A DNA stretch of 64,000 nt from Perna viridis (taxonomy: Eukaryota), in assembly GCA_037379345.1 (NCBI GenBank), contig CM074517.1, positions 24,614,001 through 24,678,000 of the forward strand, written 5' to 3'. The first letter of the stretch is position 1, and the number at the start of each line of letters is the position of its first letter. Below are positions 45,301 through 58,400 of this stretch, piece by piece. The position numbers and the translations under genes are program-made. Under the pieces are notes generated by a model. The model was not told the origin of the DNA. It did not search any database and saw only the letters and a program-made list of their open reading frames with translations.

Positions 45301-48300
45301 TCTATTGGACAAACTTTATAAGCTGAAAAAAGGAAAATCGATTTAATCCTCCTTAAAAATACAGGAGGTCAAGATTTCTACGTTCTAATTAATTTGTTAG
45401 CATGACAAATCCGGATTAGTTGTGTTTAATGCCGTGAAGATGGTAGCAGATTACGTTTTGTAACCTTTCAAGGAATAAGGTTTTATATTAAAAGATTTAA
45501 CAAAAAAAGGCATTAGAATGAGGTTCATACTTAAAGTACATTTCCATCAACTATCCTTTTTTGATATCAAAATAAAGGGAATTTCTCAGTTAATCTATTT
45601 GTGTAAAACTTTTGTATTGTTTGATTTTGCTATTTTCTATCTATTTTCAGCTTTTGCTACATTTCCACTGCATTTCAATTTCAAAAGTGAACATATTTTT
45701 TATTATATGGCAACTTCTTTGAGCAAATCCTTGTTTGATAATATACTATTTTGAATCACTTATTAAATTTTATTAAAAGGAAAACTATTTCACAATATCA
45801 TTTCACAACATTAGGTGTTCTTATTTTGTTAATTATGTTTAAACTGATATTAGATTAACACTGAACCTGTTGTAGTTGGAGTGGATACTGGAGTAGATGA
45901 TGGAGTTGCAGTGGTTGGAACTTCAGTTTCAGGAGAGGTCACTGTAGATGCTGTCGTAGATTCTGTAAATTGAGGAATTATTAAAAGCTAAACGAGGATT
46001 AATGACAACTACATTGTTGTTAAATAAAGGGTTGTCATAGCATTCATATATAATTTGTATTCATGAAAGAGAGCTCCTGAATTATTTGATGTGTATCGTG
46101 GAGCGCTTTTCAGAACTAATGTTCAACTGCTATCAACATACAGTCTTTTTTCAAATCCTATAATAACGAAAATATTGAATATGTTATCAATCAGTGAACA
46201 TCACAAATCAGTTATATTTAAACCAAGTATATCTTTACCCAAGTTTTGATACAAGTACAAAATTATAATAGGAAACTAATTCGTGTCCAAACAAGACAAT
46301 TCTAACAACAACCAGTCTAAATGAGATTAAACCTTTTGAAACATACAGATGTTCATGGCGAACAGAATTAAGTGCCTCCTCTCTTAAATGTAGTAATGAA
46401 ATGAAAACCATGTCTGTTATTGTTAAGTACCTGGGAATTTCTTGCATACTTTAATGACAAGGTTGCTGACTTCGGGAACCTCATCTGGAGACTCCGGTTT
46501 AACAACAATGACAATTTTATCTCCAGGAACGTCTCCTTTGTTGATTTCTGGTAAATCTGCTTCAAAACTACCATCAGGCTTCACCTATATGGAAATCACA
46601 TTTTAATGTCTTCAACGTTTTCTTTCATCAGTGACATTGTTATATCTTATTCAATAATAAACAATCATTTGTCCATGAAACATTTTTTTCAAAACATAGT
46701 ATTGCTCTTTTGCTTTAGAAAATGCTATGGTATCTTCAATTTTGTCTTATCGATGCTTGTGGAAGAATGAATAACACATAAAAAAAATCTGTCATTCATT
46801 TTTATAATAATGTATTGAAAATAACTTCTAAAAAGAACAATTGTTTTTAAATAAAATAAAGTTTACCTCGACTGGTGTCTCAAAGACAGGTTCGTCATTA
46901 TCAGTTACAACAATGGTAACTTCATCAACATTTGTGGTGTCACCAGTAACTTCCATGATAGGTAATTGTTCTGGTAATGACACACCAACTGTTGGCTCAT
47001 CGTCATCTTCTGTTGGTGTCCATCCGTCAGGTGTCATGGCATTTGGAGCATCTCCGGGGTTAGTAGAACTCACTGGTTCCATTTGTGGTATATCAGAGGC
47101 TTCAGTTTCATCCTCTATTGGACAAACTTTATAAGCTGAAAATAGGGAAATCGATTTAATCCTCGTTAAAAATACAGGAGGTCAAGATTTCTACGTTCTA
47201 ATTAATTTGTTAGCATGGCAAATCCGGATTAGTTGTGTTTAATGCCGTGAAGATGGTAGCAGATCACGTTTTTTTACCTTTCCAGGAATAAGATTGTATA
47301 TTAAAGATTTAACAAAAAAAGGCATTAGAATGAGGTTCATACTTAAAGTACATTTCCATCAACTATCCCCTTTTGATATCAAAATTTCGCAGTTAATCTA
47401 TTTGTGTAAAACTTTTGTATTGTTTGATTTTGCTATTTTCTATCTATTTTCAGCTTTTGCTACATTTCCACTGTATTTCAATTTCAAAAGTGAACATATT
47501 ATTTATTATATGGCAACTTCTTTAAGCAAATCCTTGTTTGATAATATACTATTTTGAATCACTTATTAAATTTTATTAAAAGGAAAACTATTTCACAATA
47601 TCATTTTACAACATTAGGTGTTCTTATTTTGTTAATTATGTTTAAACTGATATTAGATAAACACTGAACCTGTTGTAGTTGGAGTGGATACTGGAGTTGC
47701 AGTGGTTGGAACTTCAGTTTCAGGAGTGGTCACTGTAGATGCTGTCGTAGATTCTGTAAATTGAGGAATTATTAAAAGCTAAACGAGGATTAATGACAAC
47801 TACATTGTTGTTAAATAAAGGGTTGTCATAGCATTCATATATAATTTGTATTCATGAAAGAGAGCTCCTGAATTATTTGATGTGTATCGTGGAGCGCTTT
47901 TCAGAACTAATGTTCAACTGCTATCAACATACAGTCTTTTTATCAAATATGTTATCAATCAGTGAACATCACAAAGCAGTTATATTTAAACCAAGTATAT
48001 CTTAAACCAAGTTTTGATACAAGTACACAATTATAATAGGAAACTAATTCGTGTCCAAACAAGACAATTCTAACAACAACCAGTCTAAAATGAGATTAAA
48101 CCTTTTGAAACATACAGATGTTCATGGCGAACAGAATTAAGTGCCTCCTCTCTTAAATGTAGTAATGAAATGAAAACCATGTCTGTTATTGTTAAGTACC
48201 TGGGAATTTCTTGCATACTTTAATGACAAGGTTGCTGACTTCGGGAACCTCATCTGGAGACTCCGGTTTAACAACAATGACAATTTTATCTCCAGGAACG

Positions 48301-51300
48301 TCTCCTTTGTTGATTTCTGGTAAATCTGCTTCAAAACTACCATCAGGCTTCACCTATATGGAAATCACATTTTAATGTCTTCAACGTTTTCTTTCATCAG
48401 TGACATTGTTATATCTTATTCAATAATAAACAATCATTTTTCCATGAAACATTTTTTCAAAACATAGTATTGCTTTTTTGCTTTAGAAAATACTATGGTA
48501 TCTTCAATTTTGTCTTATCGATGCTTGTGGAAGAATGAATAACACATAAAAAAAATCTGTCATTCATTTTTATAATAATGTATTGAAAATAACTTCTAAA
48601 AAGAACAATTGTTTTTAAATAAAATAAAGTTTACCTCGACTGGTGTCTCAAAGACAGGTTCGTCATTATCAGTTACAACAATGGTAACTTCATCAACATT
48701 TGTGGTGTCACCAGTAACTTCCATGATAGGTAATTGTTCTGGTAATGACACACCAACTGTTGGCTCATCGTCATCTTCTGTTGGTGTCCATCCTTCAGGT
48801 GTCATGGCATTTGGAGCATCTCCGGGGTTAGTAGAACTCACTGGTTCTATTTGAGGTATATCAGAGGCTTCAGTTTCATCCTCAATTGAACAAATTTTAT
48901 AAGCTGAAAACAGGGAAATGGGGTAAATCCTCATTAAAAGTACAGGAGGTCAAGATTTCGACTTTGTAATTTCATTTACTTATTTGCATTACAAATCTGG
49001 ATTAGTTGTGTTTAATGCCGTTAAGTTGGTGGAAGTTTACGCTTTGCTCACTAAAAGGTGTTTTGTGTTAATTTTTGTAATAAATGGCTAATAATCAAAT
49101 ACCATTACTGAAATGACCACAATGAGTTTTATTTTCTTTTGCAATGTGCTGTTTAACTTTGCAGAGGTTTCTTAATGAATCTGCCGATTATAATTTACAT
49201 GTACTTATTTTTAACATGTATTAAGAAATAAACTGCAAACTTTACTCAGAGGCCTGATGATCATTAGTTCATGTCTGAAAACAATACATCACATTTAAGC
49301 AAAAATGTGTATTTTGTGAATAATAGATCCACATCATTGTACAATTCATTCGAAGTGGTAACTTTCTACATAACTGAAAAAAGATGCAACAAACCGAACC
49401 ACCGAAAATGTTATGAACAAATAAGACATTTACTTGTTACATTTTACATGTTAAGGGTGCTGTTTGTAATTTTTCCTTCAATTTGCTCCCAACATTCATA
49501 TAGAATTTTCCCCTGTTATCGGTGTACTTATTTTCGCTGTTTTCGCATTAGCATTAGCCCGAGAATCGCATTCGCGAAATTCAATTTTAACACTTGTCAT
49601 TTTTTTAAAACTGCAAAACTTGATACCTGTGAATATGTGCATTTGAGGCAAAGTTGACTACCAGGAAAATCAATACGTTTAAAAAACTAATTCTTTTAAT
49701 ATTCGTATTTGCCAGTGTTACATGAATGGAGCCCAAATATTTTGTTTCTGATAAAGTATTTTTCCATATTCCTTAAAAGACGCACCCTATATGTTGCCAC
49801 GAAATGGCGACTATTATGTAGTAAAATTCTACTGTGGCGTCTGAAAAACTGAGCAAAATTTTCAATGACATCGCAAAAAGACCGTAATATGTTTATCATC
49901 TTTTTACCACGGCTGAACAGCTTTGAAGCACGTCATATTAGAATTATCGATAGACTCACGTGTTGTTGTTTTCGTCGGTTCGGTAGCTGAAGTTGTTCCA
50001 GTTGGTGCTGTTGTTGCTTTAGTTGTGGTAGACAACAGTGTTGTTGTCTTGTAAGTTGTTGTACCTATATTAATATAACAGTTGTATTAAATGGTTCGTG
50101 AACAGAAACATTTTTTTCAACTGTGTATGCTCTTCCGTATTCTGTACGAGTTTAAGTGACATAATTTTTCTCGGGTAGTTTAAAATTTTTCAATGTTGAT
50201 TTAATCTTGATATTGTCGAGTTACTATTTTCCGCCTGAAACGTTTAAACAGTATATATAAGCATAACGATCCTGAAATGTAAAGAAGTAAACTTTTGAAA
50301 ATAACCCCGTCTTTAAACAAAGTAACGAAACATTGTAATTTGACCCCCAAAAAGAGTAAAATAATTTAAAGTGTGTTTTTTTTTATTATTACTCTAATTT
50401 ATTGAGTAAAGTCCTGTGAAACTACAGTTTAAGATGTACGCAATCTTAAAAACATATTTATATCTAGTTTACCAATGCTAAGAAGATGTTGTAATTTGCC
50501 AATGCATCTTGTAAAAGATTGATTGACGCACAATTACAATCGACAGGTTTAGTTGATATTATAATCGATGGAATAGCATTGACCAAATCCACATTGTTTT
50601 GTTATATTCCCTCTCGTTAATTGTATTTTATGTTCTATCACATTCGTTGGTATCGTACCTATAGGTTCAAAGCAAGCTTTAATCACGACATTACTAATTG
50701 TTGGAGCTTGTTGTTCATCTTCTGGTTTAATGTCCAAAACAATTTTGTTGCCAGGCACTCCTTTGAGATTAATTGGTTCTGTCAGATCATCAACCTACAA
50801 AATTCAAATGTATTTAATCATGTTAAAGACCTTCATGTTCTGAAAAAAATATAGTTAAATAAGACTTGCAATAGTTTTCTGGAAATGTTTGTAATGATTC
50901 AAGTATGTGATAAAAAGATTATGACATTGTATTGTTCCATATCGTCCCACGCATCAACTATCGATCAAAACAAGGCCTCGAGCAATGCTCTCGAACGTAA
51001 AATTGAAGTCTCTTGTTGATACATGGCCCAATATGATAATGCAATGTAATAATATACAACTATCGGTTTGATATTTGGCATGTCAGCTAAAGCATGCGTT
51101 ATTGTTGGTTTAAAAAGGTTTATGAAAAAAATAATAGTAAAAATATGTCATAGTCATTTGTGTTACATAAAGCATACATTCTTATGAAAAACTAGCGAGT
51201 CGCTGTTATCCTGAATTTCAAGAAGGAAAACAAAACATTTCTTTACATTTTCGGACAAAAAAACAGATACCGGTATAAATATAGATAAAGAAAAACGTAT

Positions 51301-54300
51301 TTCGAAAAACAAAGTATACTAACAAATGTACTATTGTGTGTGGGGGGTTATACTTAGTAAAATACCCATTTCAGCTCAAGGGGAATTTCATAGTTTGATC
51401 CTTATTGTAATTATCAATTATTCCGTAGTTCAGTGATGGGGACCTGGTACTGTCAGTAAATGTTTCATCCGGAGTAATCCTGAAGTATTGTATTGGGGAC
51501 AAGATCCTTACTGTGAATGTATCAACAGGTGTGTCATCCTGAAGTACGGTGATTGTAACTGATTCTACATTATCTTCATCCAAGCTGATTGTGTACAGTT
51601 CTGATGTATCATCTTCATCATTCAGTTTGTAGATTAAAGTAGGATTATCATCACTGTTTGATGGGCTCCATCCCTCAGGATTTTGAGAGTCACTTGGTAC
51701 ATCACCAGGAGCATTGGACGATGATTGTACTGAAACATCGGCAGGATCTGATCCATCTAACATAACCTTGGCACATACTAAAAGTACATATATTGAAAAG
51801 GTCAGTGAATGGAACGTTAAGCAACTGTAAGATGACGAAACATTTTAATATGTGAAATATCAAACAAAAGAAGACTTTCGACTTTTGCAATAACTTTATT
51901 GTCTGCGCTCAGTTCCGAGGGTTCAAACATAATGTTCTGATTCAAAACAATTTTGTTCTTCTACTACATTTATTATTTCATGTTTTTTTATGATTCACAA
52001 ATGTTAAAGATGCTTTTTTATAATTATCCTTTCAAAAGTGTGACAAAGGTAAGCATATGTTATGAATTAAACTCACCTGTAGTTTGAGTAGTTGTTTCAC
52101 CTGGGGTAGTTGTAGTTGGAGTTGTTCCGCTTGTTAATGATGACAGTGGAGTAGTTCCGCTTGTTGAAGGAGTTGTACTACTTGGCGCCGTGGTAGTTGG
52201 AGTTGATCCACTTGTTACACTTGTAGATAAGGTTGTTTCACTTGGTATTACACTTGAGGGGGTAGTTACGCTTGGTGCAGTTGTTGGCGGCGTTGTTCCA
52301 CTAGGTGCAGTTGTCGATGATGTTGTTCCACTTGGTGTTGTTGTTGGTTTTGCTGAGGTAGACAACAGAGTTGTTGTCAACAATGTTGTTGTACCTTCAG
52401 AAAATATCATTTGTCCATTTACTTTAAAATCACAAATATCAAACAAAGTTTATTAGCTCAGATATTAATAAGAAAGACTGTAAGTTCTTTATCGTCAAAG
52501 TGTCAGTCTCTCTGAATATTAGACACAAACATGGACAGAAAACAAAATAAAACTTTTAATTTTTGGTAGAAAGGATTAAAGTACTACAAATGAACCATTA
52601 AGGACAGTGAATACTACAGAAATTGAAAATTTTAATATTTTGTTGAAATATTTTCACCATTAATTAATAGGGATAGAGACCAAATGCAGTGTTTCAGTAC
52701 AAACCTTTATGGATGAAGATAAAGTAACTAATTAGTAATCAAGGGAACCAAGGTTGTAGAGGTAATCAAAAGAATGTAATCCAGGGACAAAGACCAGACA
52801 TGGAAAACAGACATACACAACAAAGAACAGAAAGTAACTAAAATCATACATACAAAGTAACAAAAGTAAATGAGGAACTCGGACTCCACTAAAAACTGAG
52901 AGCATGGACCAGATGCACCGGTAGGGTAAGCGTCCTCTGCTTTTCTAAAAAACCCCACCGAGTTGCTCATAAAAAGTCAAGTCCGGGGTAGACAAACGAG
53001 GAAAGGAAAACTATGACCCGTTGAATAAATCAGTTTTCATGGTGCTGATTGATACACAATAACGATCCACGAGTTCATGATGACGACCATAAAACTTCTG
53101 TAGTGATGACTTCAATCTTGTAGCAACATAACCCTGTTCCAGAAGCCTATTTGTTCTATGAGTTCAAGCGCGATACAAAAAGTGTGTATAGTTTCGGCAA
53201 GCTCTGGCATAACGTATGAGTGGTGATATGAACACTCCATACGCAGGAGCCGAAGGGATGTTGCCACAGATGAAAGGAAAGTTGACAATTCTGATTGAAA
53301 AGTCATCACGTTTGTCGTAAAGTTTGGTCAATAGTTTTCTTTACCATCGATTTCTAAGTGTAGGTCAAGATATAAATCTGACTTCACAGTGTCTGTAGTA
53401 TCCTTTATCTCAAGTTATTTTGGGTAGATGCGATGTATCAAATCCCCGAAAGTAGGATTGTTTAAACATAATACGTCATCGATATAGCGGAAACTGAGAT
53501 TGAGGGATCTAGCCAAACGATATTCTTTCTTTCTGATCAGATCAGCTATAAAGTCAGCCTCATAAGAGTAAAGGAATAGGTCAGCAAGAAAAGGAGCACA
53601 ATTTGTTCCCATTGGAATGCCGACCGTTTGTTGAAAAATACGTACAACACATTGGACAAATATGTTATCCTCTGTATAATGGGAAGATGATTTGTAATTA
53701 TTTCTTACAAAGTATGAGGAATCTCTACCAAAAACTACAGCTATAAAGTCAGCCTCATAAGATTGAAGGAAAAGGTCAGCAAGTAAAGGAGCACAATTTG
53801 TTCCCATTGGAATGCCGACCGTTTGTGAGTTTTAAACGTGCGAAAATAGGAACTCAAAATAAGGTGACGAAGAACGAACACTAAGTACCCTAAGGCACTG
53901 TAAACCGTTGGAAATGCCATCAAAGTGTTTTAAGAAACTCTGGAAAAAATTGGGCAGGGGTCCCCGTATGCCCTGCTATTCCAACGGTCTGAGGGGGCAT
54001 TAGCACAGTGCTGATTTGCAAAAAAAAATACAATAAAGTTAAATCATGGCTATCCAACATTTTCAATATCACCATTCATCTCTTCATATCAGAAGACGAT
54101 GCTTATTATATGAACCAATTATCGCTGAAATCAGAGCAAGTATAAAAATTAGAGGGAAAATGGCCGCTCAGGACGATATTCCTTCATCTCCATTCAACTA
54201 AGAAACACCTAGTTTCCTAAAGGAGGAATCTGAGCAACTGGTGAAAATGGTCGTAAGACGGCAGCCATTTTGAGAATGGCCGTCTTGAAAATAATTTCAA

Positions 54301-55406
54301 TACTGCCAGTCAACTTAGAATATAATGTTTATCTTATGCGTATCTTTCATTTTCGTTATTCTCCTATAGTTAAGGAAAACATAGCAAAAAAAACAAAACA
54401 TTTTGATCCATATGTTCTTTTTTACTAACGAAAGCCATGTTTTTTTTGATTGATGAAAAATTTTAAATGTGGAAGTCACCCTAAAAAATATGCCAACAGA
54501 GAGTTGTACACATTAAAAGGACAAAAAAAAATTGTTTCAGGGGCCATAAATCCTACAACAGAGAACAAATCATTTTGAAAATTTCGGCGAAGGTCCGTCT
54601 CTTGGGGGTGAACAATATTACTCTCCATCAGAATTTTGCTAAATTCAACGGCTTCTGAGTTATTTGCAAAAAACTGTATTTCGACCCCTGTTTTATTTCA
54701 ATAACAGAAGTCATGTTTTTTCCCCAATAAAATATCCAAACAGACATTTTGTGCAGAATACCCTACGAAACAGTAACACTAACTTTCATTAAATTCTGTA
54801 CGGTGGATTGAGAAGATTTTTAAACGTGTTAATATCAAAAATTGCAAAAATCATCGAAAAAAGGGCAATTACTCCAACAGGGTTCAACAGGTTTTCACCA
54901 CAATTACATCACAGATAGATCTCATCATGGTGAACATTCTTACCCAAGTAAAAATTTGATTAATTCTAACTGTTTTAGAGATATATGCAAAAAACTGACC
55001 CCAGTGTTCTTTTTTTTAGAAACGGCTGCGATGTATTTTACCAGATCAAAATTCCAAACGGTCCTTTTGTGCAGAATACTCTAAGGAACAACCATGTAAA
55101 ATGCCATCCAAATCCATTCAGTAGTTTCTGATGAAGAATTATTAACGACGACGGCGACAGACGTCGACAATGACGACGGATGCCAATTGGTGGCAATAGC
55201 TTACATGACCTATGGCTAAAAATGGAAATTTGATGTTTATGGCCATACAATTTAAGGAGTCATGCATAGAAGCAAGTTCATAGGATATTGGAAAGGTATC
55301 TTAATTTGTCATTTTATTATCAAGTATAAATGGTATTAGTTAGGATGACCCATGCTTAATTTAATCATTAATCCCTTTTATTTTAAACAATAAGTGTATC
55401 TTACCT

Positions 55407-55444
<38 letters not shown>

Positions 55445-58400
55445 TATGATAACTTACCTACAGGTTCAAAACATGCTTTGATTACAACATTACTAATTGT
55501 TGGCACCTGTTTTTCATCTTCAGGTTCGATGTTTAATACAATTTTGTTGCCAGGTTTTCCTTTTAGATTGATTGGTTCAGTAAAAGCATCCACCTGGCAA
55601 TAAATTACATGTTTACTGAACATACTGTATAACTCTTTTAGGAATGTATCTTATATGTACTGAACAAATCGAAGTATCAAAGCAATGAATACATTTAATT
55701 ATGCGATGAGAGTGATCAAGCGTCGACTTTGAACGATCGGAATGTTAAGCATTTGATAATGGCAGTTAATGTCGATAAAAAACATTTCAAACATTTATTG
55801 TAAGAAAGACAAGCAAGATGCATTAATTTTACAAAAAGCTTACAAAACTTTGTTTATCAGGTGTGAGTTTGAGTTTGTAATTCAAGCGATGGTCCTTTGA
55901 AAATCATGCTAATTGATATATAAAGTACTTGGACGTTTTCTTCCTGTTCTCATCCATACGGTTCATCATGCACAAATCGTATTCTTATATGATTTAAAAT
56001 GTTTTTCCTTCGTAACTGTTAATTACTTTCATGAACCTTTCGTCAACAAGTTTTGTATTTCACCAAGGTAAACTGTAATTGTATATTCTTGTAGTCATAT
56101 ATAAAAATGTTCATTAATGACAGGATGTATCAAAGCAAGAACGTTTTTTACGTGATTCAAACCCTACCTCTTAATGCAAACAGAACGAAAAGAAATCATG
56201 ATAATGAATTACTTACACTAAACGTATCCACAGGTGTGTCATCCTGAAGTACGGTGATGGTCACTGATTCTACGTTTTCTTCATCCAAGCTAATAGTGTA
56301 CAGTTCTGATGTATCATCTTCATCATTCAGTTTAAAAATTAAGGTAGGATTTTCATCACCGTCTGATGGACTCCATCCCACAGGTTTTTGAGAGTCACTT
56401 GGTTCATCGCCAGGAGCATTGGACGAGGACTGTACTGTTACATCGGCTGGATCTGATCCATCTAGCATTACTTTAGCACATACTAAAATAATTCATTTCA
56501 TTGTTTCAATATGTCCTCATATGCAAGTTCAAGCTAGGATTTTTTTTGCTAGACTTCAAGAGACACAACAAATACGACTTTTTCAGTCTTTATATTGTCA
56601 GTTTCGTACTCATGGTATGATTAAAATGTAAACTTTTTTTTCAAATAATGGAATGGTTTTCCTTTCATGCAAGAGCGCGTTATTATATAAACAATTAAAT
56701 GATCAAATAAAGTCGTTGTAAAACACTTACATCTAGGCAAAGGTACTGAAATGAATCTAAATGAGATACTTGATATTTTCTTTTCTATCTACTCCTTGAA
56801 TGAAATATCATTGTTTTAACATGAACATTCTTCTTTTTTGTTTTGGAATGAGTTTATATTAATTGTTTTTGATATATGTATACCTGTTGTTGGCGTGGTT
56901 GTTTCACTCGGTGTAGATGTAGTTGGGGTCGTTTGGCTTGCTGCAGTTGTAGATGGAGTTGTTCCGCTTGGAACACCTGTAGAAGGAGTTGTGCTACTTG
57001 GTGCAGTAGTAGATGGGGTTGATCTACTTGTGATGCTAACAGATAAAGTTGTTTCACTTGGTATAACACTTGAAGGGGTTGTTTGGCTTGGTGCAGTTGT
57101 AGAAGGCGTTGTTCCACTTGGTGAAGTTAATGGAGTTGTTCTGCTTGGTGTTGGTTTGGTTGTGGTAGACATTATTTTTGTTGTCAATAACGTTGTTGTA
57201 CCTAAATTTATCTGACATCTTTTATCATGTTAATAAGTGAGCATTTTAGAATACAGTCCTGAAAGCGAATGCAACCTTTTCCTATATTATTAATACATGT
57301 GTTTTTACATTGGACCAACAATATATTGAAGGTATATAATAGTGATCCAAGGAAGAAAAAAATGGTCCGAGACAAGGCAGGTGACTATTACAGCTATCTT
57401 CCAATGGCCATTGTTACTGACCGAGGGCATATAACTGGTCTATAATGAAGAAAACATATTTTCATACATTTATTAACCAATTTAAATACGATTGTTGGCC
57501 TTATTAGTCAACATGTACATGGTGTTTTAGTAATGACAATATTTTTTTCTAAATACTCAAAATTAAAATGGCAAAATAATTCAGTTTAGTTTACTTCTGT
57601 GTGATGTTGACAGGAAATTATATTTATAAACTGAATTTGACATCCCTACACTCGGACTGTCTTTATTTACTCAATGATGTACCAAAGCCTATTTTTAGAA
57701 ATAACTGGTTAAATCTATAATGGTCGGCAAGGAAAAAAATGCACAGCATGTTGTTATAAAAACCAAGCATAATAAACCATGAGTGTAAAACATTCACAAA
57801 TTAATCAAGTTACTCTTGAGGAAGTTTTACTGTTTGTAAATTGGACTTTAATGCACATTCGTTGTACACAAAATTTAACTAGGTTACCTAGTCAATCTCC
57901 GGGTATGAATTTAACAATTGACCCATTGATTGTTTTTCCGGACGCGTCAATAAAAAAAAACTAATCGTTCATCAAATTCACTATTCATTATTTGAAAAAA
58001 TAACGAACCTCATAAGATGATAAATTTTATTTACCGATCATGCATTCACTTCATAGCATAACGACAGTTTTTAACTGTTGGTCAAATAATTGGATTCTTA
58101 CCTACAGGTTCAAAGCTGTTTTTAACAGTTTTTTACTGTTTGTCAAATAATTGGATTCTTACCTACAGGTTCAAAGCAAGCTTTAATCACGACATTACTG
58201 ATTGTTGGAACTTGTTGTTCATCTTCAGGTTCAATACCCAGAACAATTTTGTTTCCAGGCAATCCTTTCAAATTGATTGGTTCAGTGAAATCATCGACCT
58301 AGTAATGAAATATATTTCATATTAAATGAACAGAGCATAATCGTTTCCCTCACTAGTGGAGAAAAGAAAAGACAAAAATAAAATTATATCCAACACGATT

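Larger units (their letters stand above)
35500..49020. repeat. Tandem array, about 7.5-8 x 1.77-1.82 kb, with higher-order dimer structure
   Basis: C2 exons at 35618, 37423, 39238, 41027, 42841, 44618, 46431, 48200. Confidence 0.95.

Noticed and set aside
36508-47557. Recurrent plus-strand ORF MRFILKVHFHQLS...
   Set aside because: Lies in the AT-rich C-unit intron; recurrence reflects array homogenisation; no motif support
35510-48343. Minus-strand ORFs M(A/V)VLKQIYQKSTKE...
   Set aside because: Wrong reading frame of the C2 exon; the correct frame gives VKPDGSFEADLPEINKG
49250-49290. Hammerhead ribozyme-like CTGATGA...GAAA
   Set aside because: No convincing stems I-III could be paired by eye
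5426-57215. Plus-strand ORFs such as MSGSEMPTNGW, MTNFFTFLVS, MFLNKIKFTS, MVVGVDPLV
   Set aside because: Antisense shadows of minus-strand exons; their ends vary with intronic homopolymer length
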